A stretch of 64,000 nt of DNA, taken from IMG/VR virus record IMGVR_UViG_3300027747_002221, positions 124,001-188,000 of that record; one strand, 5' to 3'. Shown here one piece after another: positions 62,009 to 64,000 of this stretch (positions are counted from its first letter, which is position 1; every line of letters starts with the position of its first letter). Below the pieces are notes generated by a model. It was not told the DNA's origin and ran no database searches. It worked only from the letters and a program-made list of their open reading frames with translations. A program made the translations under genes and the position numbers.

Positions 62009-63820
62009 TTAACCTTCGCAAGCCAAACAAGTATCACCCTCAATTATTGCTTTCATATCTAATTCTTTAATAACTTCTCTTTCAATTCTTTTAGAGACTT
62101 TATCTGCTTTGCCAATCTTTTCAGAGCGGCAATAGTAAAGGGTTTTCAATCCTTGCTTCCATGCCATAAAATGTACAGCATGCAAATACATAATATTTGC
62201 ATCTGGTCTAAAGAACAGATTAACAGATTGTGCTTGATCTATATATTGCTGTCTATCGGCGGCGTGTTGGATAACCCAGCGTTGGTCTATTTCCATAGAT
62301 GTTTTAAATACATCTTTTGTCCAATCATTCATCCAAGTTAAGTGTTGTACTGACCCGTCATTCGCAATAATTGAAGACCAAATGTCATTATAATCATTTT
62401 GAGATATTGTTCCACTATCGCTAGATAAATGATCTTGAATAACTCTATCAAGCCATTTATTTTTATTAAGCATAGAACCACTTAGTGTATCTTGTCTATA
62501 GGCGTTAGCACGTAATGGCTCAACGGAAGGAGAAGTATTTCCCATAATAATAGAAGAAGAAGCGTTAGGAGCAATAGCAAGCATATGAGAAAAACGTCTA
62601 CCTGTACCTGCAGCATCGGGCGCCTCGCCCCTCTCATGTCCTAATTTAAGATTTGCTTCATCTAATCCTTTTCGAATATGCTTAAAAATTTGTAGGTTTC
62701 TTCCCACTGCCATGGACGATTCCCAAGGAATATTATTTTTTTGTAAAAAGGCGTGCCAGCCTAGGGCTCCAATACCAATGCTACGCTCATTCCGAGCAGA
62801 GTAAATAGCCCTGGAAATGGCACTAGGTGCATTATCAATAAAATACTGTAGAACATTATCAAGCATTTCAGCAACATCAGCAAGGAAGAGAGGGTCAGAT
62901 TTCCATTCATCGTAGTACTCCAAATTTAAAGATGACAAACAACATACCGCGGTGCGTTCTTTATCTGTAGGTAAAATAATCTCAGAACATAAATTAGATT
63001 GTTTGATACTTAAACCAAGCTTCTTCTGAAAATCTGGCATCGCTCTGTTACTGGTATCAATAAAATGTAGATATGGTTCACCTGTTTGCATTCTCATTTC
63101 AATAATACGTTGCCATAATTCTCTAGCTGAAATAGTATCACGTACTTCTCCGGAATGAGGATCTTTTAATTCCCATGTATCATCTGCATCTTTATCCAAC
63201 ATACATTTTTCAACTAATTGCATAAAGTTATCAGTAATATTAATACCGTGATGTAAATTAAGTGTCCTCATATTAGGATCACCTGTTGGTTTACGCATTT
63301 CTAAAAATATGAGAATATCCGGATGAGAAATATCAAGATAAGCGGCATAACTACCCCTACGAGTCCTACCTTGTCTATAAGCGAGAGATGATGCGTCATA
63401 TGTGCGAAGGTGGGGCATAACTCCAACCGACTTATCATCCGCTGAACGAATTCCAATACCAATTCCAACTCCTCCGCCCAGCATACTGAGCCAATTTACT
63501 TCCGCCAAACAATCAACCAAGCCTTCAGCACTATCATGTAGATAAGGGAGAAAGCAAGAAATAGGAAGACCACGCTTACTGCGACCAAAGCTAAGAATGG
63601 GAGTAGAATAAGAAAGCCAATGCTTGGATGAGTACTCATAAAGTCTCTGTGAATGCTTCTCATTAGTGCCAAACGCTTTGGATACATATGCGAACCTTTC
63701 CTGAGGAGAAACCTCATCTTCTGTCATATAACTTTCTTTTAATCTTTTAATTCCCAATTCATCAAATAAACTATCTCTAGTATAATTGACATTAATCCCA
63801 TGGACTACATCTTTAGTCAT
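62009..63820 (-). CDS. nrdA: Ribonucleotide reductase class Ia alpha subunit (short; no ATP cone evident)
   Basis: PISCF, QGRTRRGSYAAYL, QSNLCSEI, AIAPNASSS, KTLYY, C-terminal CLACEG. Confidence 0.96.
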   Translation of the reverse strand: MTKDVVHGINVNYTRDSLFDELGIKRLKESYMTEDEVSPQERFAYVSKAFGTNEKHSQRLYEYSSKHWLSYSTPILSFGRSKRGLPISCFLPYLHDSAEGLVDCLAEVNWLSMLGGGVGIGIGIRSADDKSVGVMPHLRTYDASSLAYRQGRTRRGSYAAYLDISHPDILIFLEMRKPTGDPNMRTLNLHHGINITDNFMQLVEKCMLDKDADDTWELKDPHSGEVRDTISARELWQRIIEMRMQTGEPYLHFIDTSNRAMPDFQKKLGLSIKQSNLCSEIILPTDKERTAVCCLSSLNLEYYDEWKSDPLFLADVAEMLDNVLQYFIDNAPSAISRAIYSARNERSIGIGALGWHAFLQKNNIPWESSMAVGRNLQIFKHIRKGLDEANLKLGHERGEAPDAAGTGRRFSHMLAIAPNASSSIIMGNTSPSVEPLRANAYRQDTLSGSMLNKNKWLDRVIQDHLSSDSGTISQNDYNDIWSSIIANDGSVQHLTWMNDWTKDVFKTSMEIDQRWVIQHAADRQQYIDQAQSVNLFFRPDANIMYLHAVHFMAWKQGLKTLYYCRSEKIGKADKVSKRIEREVIKELDMKAIIEGDTCLACEG

Positions 63821-63837
63821 TCTTACTCCAATTTTTA

Positions 63838-64000
63838 TTATTTTACTGATTCAAAAATTTGTTTTTGAATTCGATACCATTCAACCCATGCATCATTTTT
63901 GACTGCACATTCATAATATGTCGTATAATTTATTGCTACTGTTTTAGATATATCACTTAGCTTAGCATCTTCTTTTAATTTTTCAAGTTGAGGACACTTA
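63838..64000 (-). CDS. Probable outer-membrane spanin (Rz1-like), 3' part only
   Basis: Manual: KCPQLEKL...NYTTYYECAVKNDAWVEWY..QKQIFESVK; starts beyond the window. Confidence 0.55.
   Translation of the reverse strand, partial: KCPQLEKLKEDAKLSDISKTVAINYTTYYECAVKNDAWVEWYRIQKQIFESVK

Noticed and set aside
58880-63820. Introns or inteins in nrdA/nrdB, or a class Ie/metal-free NrdB
   Set aside because: Both ORFs are continuous and of normal length; NrdB keeps all the carboxylate and His ligands and the radical Tyr.

Overview
This is a 64-kb, AT-rich segment of a large T4-like (Tevenvirinae-related, environmental-type) myophage genome, almost entirely on the minus strand. In order it holds: (1) baseplate/tail genes gp5, a hub protein, gp53, gp48, gp4, gp2, gp54, gp26/gp51 and a gp29-like gene; (2) gp32, gp59, gp33; (3) an auxiliary island with heme oxygenase + ferredoxin-dependent bilin reductase, a 2OG-Fe(II) oxygenase, rubrerythrin, an outer-membrane beta-barrel, a GT2 + PlcP-like phosphoesterase pair and a circularly permuted (two-piece) tmRNA; (4) exonuclease, GH19 endolysin, PhoH, DNA ligase, DsbA, RNase H; (5) a hyperplastic early region (about 26-39.5 kb) of small ORFs driven by repeated near-consensus sigma70 promoters, containing a candidate iteron-type origin; (6) a late tail-fibre/adhesin region with seven glycine-rich paralogs and two LamG genes; (7) a nucleotide-metabolism block (dCMP deaminase, nrdB, nrdA) with an inserted IscU/IscA/ErpA Fe-S cassette. 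The tmRNA type and tag and the rubrerythrin type suggest a betaproteobacterial host (inference). The strongest candidates for undescribed biology are the PlcP-like + glycosyltransferase cassette bracketed by a duplicated tmRNA 3' end, a predicted -1 programmed frameshift fusing gp26 to gp51, the permuted tmRNA, the polyglycine adhesin array and the ATAG-N7-CTAT iteron array. All product calls come from motif recognition by eye; no database searches were run.
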